From positions 43,131 through 107,130 of the forward strand of contig JAJYID010000001.1 of assembly GCA_021790235.1 (NCBI GenBank): DNA of 64,000 bases. Direction: 5' to 3'. Position numbers and translations under genes: made by a program. The notes beneath the pieces were generated by a model. That model made no database searches, was not told the origin of the DNA, and worked only from the letters and a program-made list of their open reading frames with translations. Below are positions 1 to 10,164 of this stretch, in pieces; positions within the stretch are counted from its first letter, which is position 1, and every line of letters begins with the position of its first letter. The DNA is from a bacterium (lineage in GTDB: Bacteria > Patescibacteriota > CPR2 > UBA1875 > JAJYID01).

Positions 1-901
1 TAATAAAGCTACGATAAGTAAGTCCTTTTGATGCTTCGATAGCTTCTTTGGGGACATCCGGACTTAGACTTTGAACTAGAAGAGTCAGTGGCATACTGGA
101 AAGATAGTGGTCAGCTTTATATTCTTTTTCCTTACCAGACTTATCCTTTACAACTACACTTTCAACCTGTGAATCGTTGTGACAGATCTTGACTACCTCG
201 GTATTTTTGAAAATTTTGCCACCCATTTTTCCCACATTCTCAGCTATTTTTTCATACATCATACCAGGACCGTATTTAGGATATTTAAACTCATCAATTA
301 AGGTTTTAATTTTGCCGCTTTTATCGGGGAAAAGGGCATTTTTAACAGCACTTGAAAGTGATAATCCTTTAATTCGCTGAGCTGCCCACTCGGCTTGAAT
401 TTCTTCACAAGGGATACCCCAGAGTTTTTCTGTATAAGCCCTAAAAAAATGATTAAAGAGACGTTTACCGAAACGGTTTGAGACCCATTGTTCAAAGTTT
501 TTTTCCTCCTTTGAAGGGAAAATCTTTACCTTAATGTAGCTACCTAGAATCATAAAAGATTCACCCAATCCGAGACCTTTTAGAGCATTCATCGGCTTTA
601 CTGGGTAATCAAAAAATTTGTTTCTATAATATATTCTAGATAATCTAGGTCTTTTTAAAAAATCTTTGCCTAGAGTTTCATCCCATAGTTCATTTACTTC
701 TTTTGATTTAGTGAAAAATCTATGCCCACCAAGATCAAAACGATAACCCTTATATTCTTTTGTTTTAGAAATACCTCCTACTTGATCTTCTTTTTCAAAA
801 ACAATCACTTTCTTATCATTTTGGCCTAGTTTTGTAGCAGCAGCCAAACCAGCTGGCCCCGCTCCAAAGATTATTACATCTACCTTTTCTTCTTTTTTCA
901 T
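1..901 (-). CDS. NAD(P)/FAD-dependent oxidoreductase (amine-oxidase/phytoene-desaturase-like), 5' part in window; continues past window start
   Basis: Reverse-strand ATG at 899-901 gives MKKEEKVDVIIFGAGPAGLAA..., a classic GxGxxG dinucleotide-binding N-terminus. The reading frame stays open to position 1. It was not in the ORF track because no stop codon falls in the window. Confidence 0.55.
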   Translation of the reverse strand, partial: MKKEEKVDVIIFGAGPAGLAAATKLGQNDKKVIVFEKEDQVGGISKTKEYKGYRFDLGGHRFFTKSKEVNELWDETLGKDFLKRPRLSRIYYRNKFFDYPVKPMNALKGLGLGESFMILGSYIKVKIFPSKEEKNFEQWVSNRFGKRLFNHFFRAYTEKLWGIPCEEIQAEWAAQRIKGLSLSSAVKNALFPDKSGKIKTLIDEFKYPKYGPGMMYEKIAENVGKMGGKIFKNTEVVKICHNDSQVESVVVKDKSGKEKEYKADHYLSSMPLTLLVQSLSPDVPKEAIEASKGLTYRSFI

Positions 902-1339
902 TTATTCTCCTTCAAAAACAAATTTCTTTCTCATACTAAAATTCCAGATCAGAACAACCGCTGTTGCGACAAGCCAAGCCAACATGTAGTAAAGTTTCAA
1001 TCCGGAAACCAAGCTCCACATAATCAGTTCATTCAAAATCAGACCGCCTATCCCAATAACAGCAAAAAGCAGCACTTCTTTTGTCAACTTACCGGTACTT
1101 TTAAAAACCCAAAGAATACTAAGCAAATAGTTAGTCGCGATGCCCAGAATGAAAGCAGCAGCAGCAGAGACAAGGTAGTAAACGCCGAGTTTTGAGGTAA
1201 GAATATACAAGGAGACCGCGTTAACCACTGTCGCAAACCCGCCTACAAAAATGTAGCGAAAAAACTGAATATGAGTTTTATCAGTTTTCTCAAACAAATA
1301 TTTCCTGCCAAGCGCGATCATTTTTTCCATAAAAACCAT
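902..1339 (-). CDS. GtrA-family polysaccharide-synthesis membrane protein
   Basis: Track ORF 902..1441. Four hydrophobic helices ([17 protein letters not shown]..., [19 protein letters not shown]...) typical of GtrA. The start is probably an internal Met (MVFMEKM) so that it does not overlap galE. Confidence 0.55.
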   Translation of the reverse strand: MVFMEKMIALGRKYLFEKTDKTHIQFFRYIFVGGFATVVNAVSLYILTSKLGVYYLVSAAAAFILGIATNYLLSILWVFKSTGKLTKEVLLFAVIGIGGLILNELIMWSLVSGLKLYYMLAWLVATAVVLIWNFSMRKKFVFEGE

Positions 1340-1382
1340 TATATATTCTTTACGATTGCTGTTGAATGACTTTTTTCTTATG

Positions 1383-2369
1383 TTAGAAACCTTTAGGATG
1401 GCCCACGTGCCACTCCCAAGCCGTTTCAATAATCTTTTCAATTTTCGAGTACCGTAGCCGCCACCCTAGCTCCTTCTTTGCCTTTTCAGATGAGGCCACT
1501 AGTACCGCCGGGTCTCCTTCTCTTCTTCCACTTTCAATAACTTTAATTTCTTTGCCGGTAACCTTTTTGGCCATTTCTATCACTTCTTTTACACTATAGC
1601 CTCGCCCATTCCCTAGATTATATCGCATTGAATCTGAACCCTGCAAAAGTTTCTCAAGGGATAGGATGTGGGCTGTTCCCAGGTCATTGATGTGAATGTA
1701 ATCGCGGATACAAGTACCATCTTTCGTTGGGTAGTCGGTACCAAAGATATTGATGCCCTCCCTCTTTCCTAGCGCTACCTGCAAAATCAGTGGGATCAAG
1801 TGGCTTTCCGGATAATGATCCTCACCGATTTCTCCGCTCTCATCGGCTCCTGCGGCGTTAAAGTATCTAAGAGCCGCATATTTAAAACCGAATATCCGAT
1901 CATAAAAATCGAGAGTTTTTTCAATCTGAAGTTTCGTTAACCCATAAATATTTGTTGGCTTTTTAGGGTGCTTTTCATCAATAGGGATATATTCCGGCTC
2001 GCCATAAATCGCTGCTGTTGAAGAAAAAACGATTTTGCTAACATCTGTCTGGCGCATAGCTTCAAGCAATGTAACACTCCCTTTAAGATTATTCTCAAAA
2101 AAATTTAAGGGTTTTGCCATTGACTCTCCCGCCTCGATATAAGCAGCAAAGTGTAAGACTGCATCAACTCCCTCAAGTGCCTTTTTAGTCGCCTCAAAAT
2201 CCAGGAGATTCCCTTGCACGAATTCCACATTCTCAGGTAAAGCTTCCTTGTGGCCGTTTTCTAAAGAATCAAAAATCCGCACTTTATAACCAGCTTGAAG
2301 TAACTGTCTGACCACGTGGCTGCCGATATAACCGGCTCCACCGGTGACTAAAAGATTACGATCCATCAC
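1383..2369 (-). CDS. galE: UDP-glucose 4-epimerase
   Basis: N-terminal [10 protein letters not shown] Rossmann motif and the YxxxK short-chain dehydrogenase signature. Length 328 aa. Confidence 0.85.
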   Translation of the reverse strand: MMDRNLLVTGGAGYIGSHVVRQLLQAGYKVRIFDSLENGHKEALPENVEFVQGNLLDFEATKKALEGVDAVLHFAAYIEAGESMAKPLNFFENNLKGSVTLLEAMRQTDVSKIVFSSTAAIYGEPEYIPIDEKHPKKPTNIYGLTKLQIEKTLDFYDRIFGFKYAALRYFNAAGADESGEIGEDHYPESHLIPLILQVALGKREGINIFGTDYPTKDGTCIRDYIHINDLGTAHILSLEKLLQGSDSMRYNLGNGRGYSVKEVIEMAKKVTGKEIKVIESGRREGDPAVLVASSEKAKKELGWRLRYSKIEKIIETAWEWHVGHPKGF

Positions 2370-3376
2370 TTTCCTCCGTACTGTTTTTTGTAATATTTTT
2401 GGTATTCGCCGTTTAAAATATTTTCAACCCAAGCCATATTATCGATATTCCACCGAATTGTTTTGGCAATTCCTTCTTCAAATGTAACTCGCGGCTTCCA
2501 ACCAAGCTCCTTGGTGATTTTAGAGTGATCAATCGCATACCTGCGGTCGTGTCCTGGGCGGTCTTTGACAAAAGTCATTAAATTCCTCGTCTTACCTAAC
2601 GCTTCCAAAATAGTCTCTGCTATTTCAATACTATTTTTCTCGCTATCTCCCCCTACACAATATGTTTCTTGCGGCTTCCCTTTCTCTATAACAAGAGCTA
2701 TGGCTTCACAATGATCATCTACATAGAGATAGTCACGCACAGCTTTGCCATCCCCATATATTGGCAGGGGCTTATTCTCCCGAGCATTAGCCACAAAAAG
2801 CGGAATGATTTTTTCCGGAAATTGGTATGGACCATAATTATTAGAGCAATTAGTCATAGTATATTCGAGGCCAAAAGTGTCACCATAGGCTCGAACTAAA
2901 TGATCAGAAGAAGCCTTGGAGGCAGAATAAGGGCTATGCGGGTTGTACGGAGTTTCTTCATTAAATTTCTTGCCGTCACTTAGCTCCAGCGCCCCGAAAA
3001 CCTCATCGGTTGACACATGGTGGAATCTTTTAATTTTATTTTTGGAAGCAGCCTGAAGCAGTACCTGCGTACCCAGCACATTAGTCTCCACGAAAACAGC
3101 CGGTTCCAGAACCGACCGATCAACATGAGACTCAGCGGCAAAGTGGACCACATGAGTTACTTTCCTCATTAAGTCGTTAACAAGCGGACCATCACAGATA
3201 TCGCCCTGAATAAATTCATATCTTGAACCACCTTCAACCGCTTTTAAGTTTTCCAGATTGCCAGCATAAGTTAGTTTGTCTAAGTTAAGGATCTCCCAAT
3301 CACGGTTTTTGAGTACCCAGTGGATAAAGTTGGCACCGATAAAGCCGGCGCCGCCAGTTACAAGTATCTTCGTCAT
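2366..3376 (-). CDS. rfbB: dTDP-glucose 4,6-dehydratase
   Basis: TGGAGFIGANF motif and strong RfbB-like composition. Overlaps galE by 4 nt in an operon arrangement. Confidence 0.85.
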   Translation of the reverse strand: MTKILVTGGAGFIGANFIHWVLKNRDWEILNLDKLTYAGNLENLKAVEGGSRYEFIQGDICDGPLVNDLMRKVTHVVHFAAESHVDRSVLEPAVFVETNVLGTQVLLQAASKNKIKRFHHVSTDEVFGALELSDGKKFNEETPYNPHSPYSASKASSDHLVRAYGDTFGLEYTMTNCSNNYGPYQFPEKIIPLFVANARENKPLPIYGDGKAVRDYLYVDDHCEAIALVIEKGKPQETYCVGGDSEKNSIEIAETILEALGKTRNLMTFVKDRPGHDRRYAIDHSKITKELGWKPRVTFEEGIAKTIRWNIDNMAWVENILNGEYQKYYKKQYGGK

Positions 3377-3423
3377 AATATCCCTCGATATAATTTAAAA
3401 TTGTTAATTTGGAATCCCGCCTT

Positions 3424-4149
3424 TCATTTTTTGTGGCTAACAGCTATTTTCCCGGCCATCAGATTAGCAGCTCTTAAAAGGCTGTCAAATGTTCCCGCAT
3501 CTTCCCAGATTCCCTCAATTACATCAACACTTAGTTCACCCTTTTCTAGATAGATATTATTTAAATCGGTTATTTCTAGCTCGCCTCTATCAGAACGTTT
3601 CTGCTTTTCAACAAATTTAACCACACGATTATCATAGGTATAGAGCCCCACAACCGCATAATTGCTCTTTGGTTTTTGGGGTTTCTCTTCTATAGTTACT
3701 GCATTCATTTTCTCATCAAAGTTAACTACACCGTATCTTTCCGGATCATGGACTTCCTTGGCATAGATCTTTGCCCCTCTTTTAAAATTTTTAATCTGAT
3801 CGGAAAAATCATGGTCAAAGATGTTATCACCAAGAATGAGAGTTACATTATCTTCATCAATAAAGTCTTTCCCATAAATAAAAGCCTCGGCCAGACCACC
3901 GGGATTTGGCTGGACCACAAAGCTGAATTGTGCTCCGAACTCTTTTCCTGTCCCCAGGAGGTTAAGATAATGACCGGCGAATTCCGGCGAAACTATTATT
4001 AAAATCTCTTTGATGCCCGCTTTGACCAAAGTCTCTATCGGGTAATAGATCATTGGTTTGTTATAGACCGGCAAGAGCTGCTTTGACGTGACCCAAGTCA
4101 GAGGTCTAAGACGTGTTGCGCTCCCTCCGGCAAGTATTATTCCTTTCAT
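3424..4149 (-). CDS. rfbA: glucose-1-phosphate thymidylyltransferase
   Basis: MKGIILAGGSATRLRPLT... nucleotidyltransferase N-terminus characteristic of RmlA. Confidence 0.85.
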   Translation of the reverse strand: MKGIILAGGSATRLRPLTWVTSKQLLPVYNKPMIYYPIETLVKAGIKEILIIVSPEFAGHYLNLLGTGKEFGAQFSFVVQPNPGGLAEAFIYGKDFIDEDNVTLILGDNIFDHDFSDQIKNFKRGAKIYAKEVHDPERYGVVNFDEKMNAVTIEEKPQKPKSNYAVVGLYTYDNRVVKFVEKQKRSDRGELEITDLNNIYLEKGELSVDVIEGIWEDAGTFDSLLRAANLMAGKIAVSHKK

Positions 4150-5024
4150 TTTTGCTCTCTTGTTATTTCTTTTAAAAATTTTCTAAAGTCAGCACTTAAC
4201 TTTTCATGCTTTAGGGCCATTTTTACGGTAGCTTTTAAAAAACCAAGTTTATCTCCTGTGTCTAGCCACTCACCCTCTATTTTTTTGCCATAAATTGGCC
4301 TACCTTCTTCCAGCATTATATCAAAAGCGTCAGCCAGCCTGATTTCACCAGATTTCCCCTCTCTCATATTACTAAGAACTTCAAAAACATCTGGGGTGAT
4401 AATGTACTTCCCCACAGCTACAAGATTAGACGGCGCAACTTCCGGATCAGGCTTTTCAACTAGTTTTTTTATCTCATAAATATCCTCGGTCAATTTTTTA
4501 CCATCGATTACACCGAATTTTTTTACTTCATTTTTCGAAATTTTGCTCAAGCCGATAATCGGTTCACGATAATTCTTAAAAGTTTCTATCAGCTGTTGAG
4601 ATGAGGGCACTTCACTATCATAAAGGCAATCCCCGAACATCACAAGAACCGGCTCGCTTCCTAAAAGATGGGCAGCCTGCAGAAGCGCATGACCATCGCC
4701 AAGCGGAAGCGACTGACGAACATAAGAAAATTTGGCAAGGTTAGGAATTTTCTGAACCGCCGCCAAAAGGTCTTTTTTATTTTTTTCGACTAAAGTATCT
4801 TCAAGCTCATATGAGATATCAAAATGATCCTCGATAGCTCTTTTCCCCCGACCCGTAACAAAGATAATTTCCTCGATGCCTGAAGCAACTGCCTCTTCAA
4901 CTAGATACTGAATAACAGGTTTATCAACAATGGGCATCATTTCTTTAGGCATCGACTTTGTGGCCGGCAAAAATCTAGTGCCAAAGCCCGCTACCGGCAT
5001 AACTGCCTTTTTTACTTTGTCCAA
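4146..5024 (-). CDS. galU: UTP--glucose-1-phosphate uridylyltransferase
   Basis: AVMPVAGFGTRFLPATK motif and 292 aa length typical of GalU. Confidence 0.8.
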   Translation of the reverse strand: MDKVKKAVMPVAGFGTRFLPATKSMPKEMMPIVDKPVIQYLVEEAVASGIEEIIFVTGRGKRAIEDHFDISYELEDTLVEKNKKDLLAAVQKIPNLAKFSYVRQSLPLGDGHALLQAAHLLGSEPVLVMFGDCLYDSEVPSSQQLIETFKNYREPIIGLSKISKNEVKKFGVIDGKKLTEDIYEIKKLVEKPDPEVAPSNLVAVGKYIITPDVFEVLSNMREGKSGEIRLADAFDIMLEEGRPIYGKKIEGEWLDTGDKLGFLKATVKMALKHEKLSADFRKFLKEITREQK

Positions 5025-5027
5025 ATT

Positions 5028-5486
5028 CTACTCCTTAGTTATAAAAATTCTCCGCTCGGTTCCGGCACCTTCAGAATAACTGGTAACCCCGGAAATTTTC
5101 GACACCCTTTGATGAGCCAACATTCTTTCGTAAGGGTTCATAGTTGGCATCATTTCTTCCATGCCGGTTTCTTTAACCTTTTTTACCGCCGCATCAACCA
5201 TACTTTCAATCCTTTTTTCTTTATCTTTCAAATAGTCACCAACATCCACAACCAAAGAAGTCCCTTCCGGCAAATCTGCCCTCATAATCAGTGCAATAAT
5301 ATAACGAAGAGCAAAGAGATTCTCGCCTCTGTAACCAATTAAGAGAGCTTTATCTTTCGAATCAATCGCAATTTTTATCCTACCCTCTTCAGCGGAGACA
5401 CTAGCTTTTGCATCCACCCCTAAAAGAGACAAAATCTTTTCTACCTTTGCCTTAACCTCTTTAATTGTACTTATACTAATTGCCAT
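5028..5486 (-). CDS. jag: Jag/KhpB-like RNA-binding protein (KH + R3H)
   Basis: C-terminal R3H-like region (ERMLAHQRVSKISGVTSYSEGAG) and its conserved position downstream of yidC. Confidence 0.65.
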   Translation of the reverse strand: MAISISTIKEVKAKVEKILSLLGVDAKASVSAEEGRIKIAIDSKDKALLIGYRGENLFALRYIIALIMRADLPEGTSLVVDVGDYLKDKEKRIESMVDAAVKKVKETGMEEMMPTMNPYERMLAHQRVSKISGVTSYSEGAGTERRIFITKE

Positions 5487-5492
5487 AATCGG

Positions 5493-6272
5493 TTATTTTT
5501 TCTTTTTAATTTTCAAATGCTCAAGCACTGTTACTTCTTTATTCATAATCAACCATTGTTGGTAAGCTGCTATACCAGTAGAAGCCGTCCAATATAAAGG
5601 TAGGGCAGCTGGAAGAGTCAATGAAATAAGCAATGTAATCCCCGGAAATATGTAGACCATGTTAGCCATCATTTTTTGCGAGGCATCCTCGGGCTTATCA
5701 GGCGTCATCAGTTTAGTTTGAAGCAGCTGAACACCACCAGCGATAATGGCAAGAATAATATTGGGCTTGGCAAGATCAACCAGACCCAAGAAGCTGGTAT
5801 GGAGTGATCCGTCTGCGACAATAACTGACTTTACAGTCGGGAAATTTTTTACCCAAGCATAGAGCTGTGAAACAAAACTTTTTGAATTATTAGCCACATG
5901 GATAAAGGTCGGATCTTTGAATTTTATAAATACCCAATAGAGACCGATGAGAACGGGCAACTGTAGAAGCGTCGGCAAGCATGAAGAAAAGGGGCTGACT
6001 TCTTTTTCTTTGTAAAGTTCGGCCATTGCTTTTTGCAGCCCTTGAGAATCGTTTTTGTATTTCTTTTTTATTTTCTCAATTTCAGGCTGAATTGCCTTTA
6101 AAGCTTTCTGGTTATACAATGACTTAGCTGAAAGAGGCCAAAGGATTACTCTAAGAATAACTGTGATAGTAATGATAGCTAAACCAAAATCCCAACCCGG
6201 CATAATGCTATAAAGAAGTATCACAAAGTTTAGAAGCGGTTGTGTTATAAATAGATTAAAAATGTTTCCCAT
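5493..6272 (-). CDS. yidC: membrane protein insertase YidC/Oxa1 (short form)
   Basis: Polytopic 259-aa protein in the conserved rnpA-yidD-yidC-jag order, with a basic C-terminus (KKKK). Confidence 0.8.
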   Translation of the reverse strand: MGNIFNLFITQPLLNFVILLYSIMPGWDFGLAIITITVILRVILWPLSAKSLYNQKALKAIQPEIEKIKKKYKNDSQGLQKAMAELYKEKEVSPFSSCLPTLLQLPVLIGLYWVFIKFKDPTFIHVANNSKSFVSQLYAWVKNFPTVKSVIVADGSLHTSFLGLVDLAKPNIILAIIAGGVQLLQTKLMTPDKPEDASQKMMANMVYIFPGITLLISLTLPAALPLYWTASTGIAAYQQWLIMNKEVTVLEHLKIKKKK

Positions 6273-6314
6273 TTGTTTTTTTTTTGCTCCGATATGTTTA
6301 ATGCTTACTAATAT

Positions 6315-6548
6315 TTATTTTACGGGATCTTCTCCTCCTTTGGAAAAGGGATTGCACCTTAAAATACGCCAAGAACCCATGAGTCCGCCTTTTATAATAC
6401 CGTATTTTTCTATGGCTTGGTAGGTGTATTCGCTGCAGGTAGGCTGAAACCTGCAGTAGCCATACGGAAATTTTGCTTTTAAAGGACCGTGATCCGGTGA
6501 AAGAGTTTTCTGGTAAAGCCGGATTAAAAGTAAAAAGGGTCTTCTCAT
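6315..6548 (-). CDS. yidD: membrane protein insertion efficiency factor YidD
   Basis: Conserved YidD cysteines ([10 protein letters not shown]) in a 77-aa protein. Confidence 0.8.
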   Translation of the reverse strand: MRRPFLLLIRLYQKTLSPDHGPLKAKFPYGYCRFQPTCSEYTYQAIEKYGIIKGGLMGSWRILRCNPFSKGGEDPVK

Positions 6549-6886
6549 TTTTTTAAGCCTCCCTTGCTAATAGCCTCAAATAATTCTTTTTTTATTTCTT
6601 CTGGTTTGCTGGTTTGGGCTGTATTTTTTACAAAGATCACAATATCAAACCCGGACTTTATTTTATCATAATCAACTAACACGGCTGCTCTTAAAACCCT
6701 CTTGGCTCGATTCCTCTCAGTCGCTTTTTTGGAATATTTTTTACCGACGACAATACCTATCTTGGTAAGCCTGGATCTATTTGTATAAAAACTAAGATTA
6801 AAAGACTTCGAGTGAAGCCTTTTTCCTTTTTGATATACACGATTGAAGTCGTGGCCCTTTCGTAATCTTTTCTCTTTAGGAAGCAT
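6545..6886 (-). CDS. rnpA: ribonuclease P protein component
   Basis: Basic 113-aa protein ([18 protein letters not shown]...) placed immediately downstream of rpmH. Confidence 0.8.
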   Translation of the reverse strand: MLPKEKRLRKGHDFNRVYQKGKRLHSKSFNLSFYTNRSRLTKIGIVVGKKYSKKATERNRAKRVLRAAVLVDYDKIKSGFDIVIFVKNTAQTSKPEEIKKELFEAISKGGLKK

Positions 6887-6893
6887 GGTACTC

Positions 6894-7028
6894 CTAAGCT
6901 GTAAGCTTAGTCCTGCCCTTTTCTCTTCTTCTTTTCAAGACATTTCTACCAGACGCTGTAGACATTCTTTTTAAAAAACCATGTCTTTTTTTTCTTTTAG
7001 CCTTTTTGGGCTGGAAAGTTCTCTTCAT
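6894..7028 (-). CDS. rpmH: 50S ribosomal protein L34
   Basis: Hand translation of the reverse strand gives [44 protein letters not shown] (44 aa). It matches the L34 consensus MKRTFQPS..RKR.HGFR.RM.T..GR.VL.RRR.KGR..L. Absent from the ORF track because it is under 60 aa. Confidence 0.8.
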   Translation of the reverse strand: MKRTFQPKKAKRKKRHGFLKRMSTASGRNVLKRRREKGRTKLTA

Positions 7029-7039
7029 AATAACTTTTC

Positions 7040-7320
7040 CTGATTATTTTAATACTATATAAGTTTACCGTAAAATCAGCTTTCAGTCAACCAAAACCAA
7101 CTTAGTCGGAAGTTGATTTTGAACTTAGACTGTTGGCTGTGGAAAAAACCAAGACCAATAATTCCCCTTGTGTATAACTTGGTTTTTCGTTATAATAGCC
7201 TCAAAATACCGGGTGGGTGAACGCATACTGAGCAATACGAAAGCGAGATTGCTAGTTGGCTCAAATTTTGGGCGCAACGTTATTTTTTTCTTACACTTTA
7301 AAGCTTGACGGAGATATTTT
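7040..7320. promoter_or_regulatory. rpmH/dnaA divergent intergenic region; candidate oriC part 1
   Basis: Sits between divergent rpmH and dnaA, the canonical oriC position. DnaA-box-like 9-mers TGTGGAAAA (7138-7146) and TGTGTATAA (7169-7177) each match TGTGGATAA at 8 of 9 positions. Confidence 0.4.
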
Positions 7321-8673
7321 ATGGATAATAAAAGCTTATGGCAAGCAGTCCTGGGAGAACTAGAACTAACCTTATCCAAGGCCAACTTCACTACGTGGTT
7401 TCGAGGAACCAATATTATTTCTCAGGAAAAGGGAGAAATTATCATTAGCGTACCTAACGTTTTCACTAAGGAATGGTTGGAAAACAAATATAACTCTAAA
7501 ATAAAAGAAGTCTTAGAGCATATTACCGGCCCTATATCAAAAATTACGTATAAAGTTGGCCAAGTCGAGGCACTCAAAGAAGAGATTCAAGAAGCTGCAA
7601 GCCAAGAAGAGGCTCTAGATTTCGACATCGAAGAAATGCCCGAGGTCTTGGATAGTTTAAACCCTAAATATATTTTCGATAATTTTGTGATTGGAGAAAC
7701 AAACAAGCTGGCTACAGCCGCCTGCCAATCCATAGCTAAAAACCCCGGCAGTGCCTATAATCCTCTTTTTATCTACGGGGGAGTGGGTTTAGGAAAAACT
7801 CATCTTATCCAAGCGATCGGAAATGAAATGAAAAAGAAGAACCCTAAAAAAAGGGTTGAGTACATCACTAGTGAAAAATTTACCAATGAACTTATAAAAG
7901 CAATTTTTGATAAAAAAACTGACGCCTTTAAAAACAAATACAGGAAGGTTGATGTTTTAATAGTTGATGACATACAATTCCTCGGCGGAAAAGAGCAGAC
8001 TCAAGAAGAATTCTTTCACACTTTTAATGCTCTTCATCAATCAAACAAACAGGTGGTTTTAGCTTCAGATAGGCCGCCAAAAGCAATACCCACTCTAGAG
8101 GAGCGCTTGAGGTCTCGGTTTGAGTGGGGTCTACTTGTTGACATTCAGCCTCCCGAGGTTGAAACACGTATAGCTATTTTACAAAAAAAGGCCATTCTGC
8201 GCGGCTACGAGCTTCCGCTTGAAATATATGATTATATTGCCAGAAATATTCAGCACAACGTTCGTGAACTTGAAGGAGCCTTAAATAGAATTATTGCTTA
8301 TGCGGAATTAAACAACAAAAAACCGGACATGACACTAGCCCAAAATGTACTGGGGAGCCTTCTTTCAAATCCAAAAAGAAAAGCGCTCACCGGTAAAAAA
8401 ATTCTCTCTGGCGTTGCCGACTTTTTTGATCTTTCTGTTTCCGATTTAATCAGTAAAAAAAGAGATAAAGAAATAGTTCTGCCAAGACAAATTGCCATGT
8501 ATTTAATGAGAGAAGAGCTAAGCCTTTCCTATCCAAAAATTTCAAGGGAAGCCGGTAAAAATGATCATACTACCGCTATGCATGCTTGTTCTAAAATAGA
8601 AAAGGAAATGGATAAAGACGAACCCCTTAGACATAATATTAATTTAATTCGTGAGAGATTATATATCAGCTAA
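7321..8673 (+). CDS. dnaA: chromosomal replication initiator DnaA
   Basis: AAA+ Walker A GGVGLGKTHL, DnaA domain IV and 450 aa length. GGAG ribosome-binding site 7 nt upstream. Confidence 0.95.
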   Translation: MDNKSLWQAVLGELELTLSKANFTTWFRGTNIISQEKGEIIISVPNVFTKEWLENKYNSKIKEVLEHITGPISKITYKVGQVEALKEEIQEAASQEEALDFDIEEMPEVLDSLNPKYIFDNFVIGETNKLATAACQSIAKNPGSAYNPLFIYGGVGLGKTHLIQAIGNEMKKKNPKKRVEYITSEKFTNELIKAIFDKKTDAFKNKYRKVDVLIVDDIQFLGGKEQTQEEFFHTFNALHQSNKQVVLASDRPPKAIPTLEERLRSRFEWGLLVDIQPPEVETRIAILQKKAILRGYELPLEIYDYIARNIQHNVRELEGALNRIIAYAELNNKKPDMTLAQNVLGSLLSNPKRKALTGKKILSGVADFFDLSVSDLISKKRDKEIVLPRQIAMYLMREELSLSYPKISREAGKNDHTTAMHACSKIEKEMDKDEPLRHNINLIRERLYIS

Positions 8674-8934
8674 ATATGTGGAAAAGATAAGTTTTTTTGG
8701 GGAAAAGGCGTGAAAATATTGATAATAAATATGTGATAATAAAAAATGAAAAAATATTTTTAAACAACAAGTTAATTTCATCCCCATAAAAATAACCTAT
8801 AAAATCCCATAAAAAACACAAGGAAAAATATAAAAAATAAACTTAGAAAATGACTTATAGACAGTTTACACAGACACTATAACTAACTAATACTAAATTT
8901 ATATAAAAAATATCTAATAAGAATGTGAGGAAAA
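8674..8934. promoter_or_regulatory. dnaA-dnaN intergenic AT-rich region; candidate DNA-unwinding element / oriC part 2
   Basis: Extremely AT-rich 260 nt stretch. The same TGTGGAAAA 9-mer occurs at 8677-8685, directly after the dnaA stop codon. Confidence 0.4.
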
Positions 8935-10041
8935 ATGAAAGTTACTCTATTAAAAGAAAATCTATCTAAAGGACTAAATATTATAAGCAGAATAGTCTCA
9001 ACTCGAGGAAGCCTTGAAGTTTTAGGTAATATACTTATTAAAACAGAGAAAGGAAGAGTATGTTTATCAGCTACAAACTTAGAAGTAGGAATAAACTATC
9101 GGATTGGGGCTAAGGTTGATAACGAAGGTGCTATTACTGTTCCTGCCCGGCTCTTTAGTGAATTTGTCAATTCTCTCCCAAATGAAAAGATTACTTTAGA
9201 ACTCGATGGCGATACTCTGATATTAAAATCAGATAATTATGAATCAAATATCAAAGGTATCTCAGCAGATGAATTTCCTTTAATTCCGGAAATAAAAACA
9301 GGTAAAGTGATGGATATAAAATCTTTAGAACTAAGAGATATAATATGTAAAGTAGCTTTCGCAGCAGCTATTGATGATTCTAGACCGGTTCTTGCTGGAG
9401 TATATTTAAAAATCGAAGGCACAAAAGTAACTCTAGCAGCCACAGATAGTTATCGTTTAGCAGAAAAGGTTATTACTTTAAAAAATGGGAAAAGCAAAAA
9501 AGAAGAATTAATACTGCCGGCTAAAACTTTGCTTGAGTTAAGCCGTATTTTAGGTGAAATTAAAAATGATACTTTGGTGAGTGTGTATTTATCAGAAAAT
9601 CAAATACTTTTTGAAACTGACGGACTTGACTTTATCTCTCGCCTTATTGAAGGTCAATTTCCAAATTACCAGCAAATCATCCCGGATAATTCTGATACAA
9701 AAGGCGTTATTAATAAAGACGAGTTTCTTACCGCTGTAAAAATCGCCAGTCTTTTTGCGAGAGAAAACGCTAATAGTATAAAATTATCCATGAAATCTAA
9801 AGGTGTTTTAGAGGTTGATTCCGGAGGTTCTCAGGTCGGACAAAATAAGGCAAAAATTCAGGCAAAGGTCGATGGCCGGGATGGTGATGCATCCTTTAAC
9901 GGAAAATATATTATAGACGTCCTAAATATCTTAAGTGATAAAGAGATAAAGTTTGAGATTAGCGGCAAACTGAACCCGGGAATTGTTAGAACTGTGGGCG
10001 ACAAAGGATATATTTACATTATTATGCCGCTTAGAAACTAG
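8935..10041 (+). CDS. dnaN: DNA polymerase III beta sliding clamp
   Basis: 368 aa, three-domain clamp pattern, positioned after dnaA. Confidence 0.9.
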   Translation: MKVTLLKENLSKGLNIISRIVSTRGSLEVLGNILIKTEKGRVCLSATNLEVGINYRIGAKVDNEGAITVPARLFSEFVNSLPNEKITLELDGDTLILKSDNYESNIKGISADEFPLIPEIKTGKVMDIKSLELRDIICKVAFAAAIDDSRPVLAGVYLKIEGTKVTLAATDSYRLAEKVITLKNGKSKKEELILPAKTLLELSRILGEIKNDTLVSVYLSENQILFETDGLDFISRLIEGQFPNYQQIIPDNSDTKGVINKDEFLTAVKIASLFARENANSIKLSMKSKGVLEVDSGGSQVGQNKAKIQAKVDGRDGDASFNGKYIIDVLNILSDKEIKFEISGKLNPGIVRTVGDKGYIYIIMPLRN

Positions 10042-10164
10042 AATGTGCGCTTTGTACTTGTAAGCTATAATATAGATAAATAATAAGGGATTTTACAGAC
10101 TATTTCATTTTTGTATGGATCTTAATCTTTCATTCTGGATTCATATTTAAAATACTATATTCAA

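Noticed and set aside
2669-4002. Plus-strand ORFs 2669..2899, 3320..3553 and 3676..4002
   Set aside because: They are antisense to rfbB and rfbA and have no independent support.
7125-7412. 95-aa minus-strand ORF across the rpmH-dnaA intergenic region and dnaA start
   Set aside because: It overlaps the dnaA start and the candidate origin and has no supporting signals.
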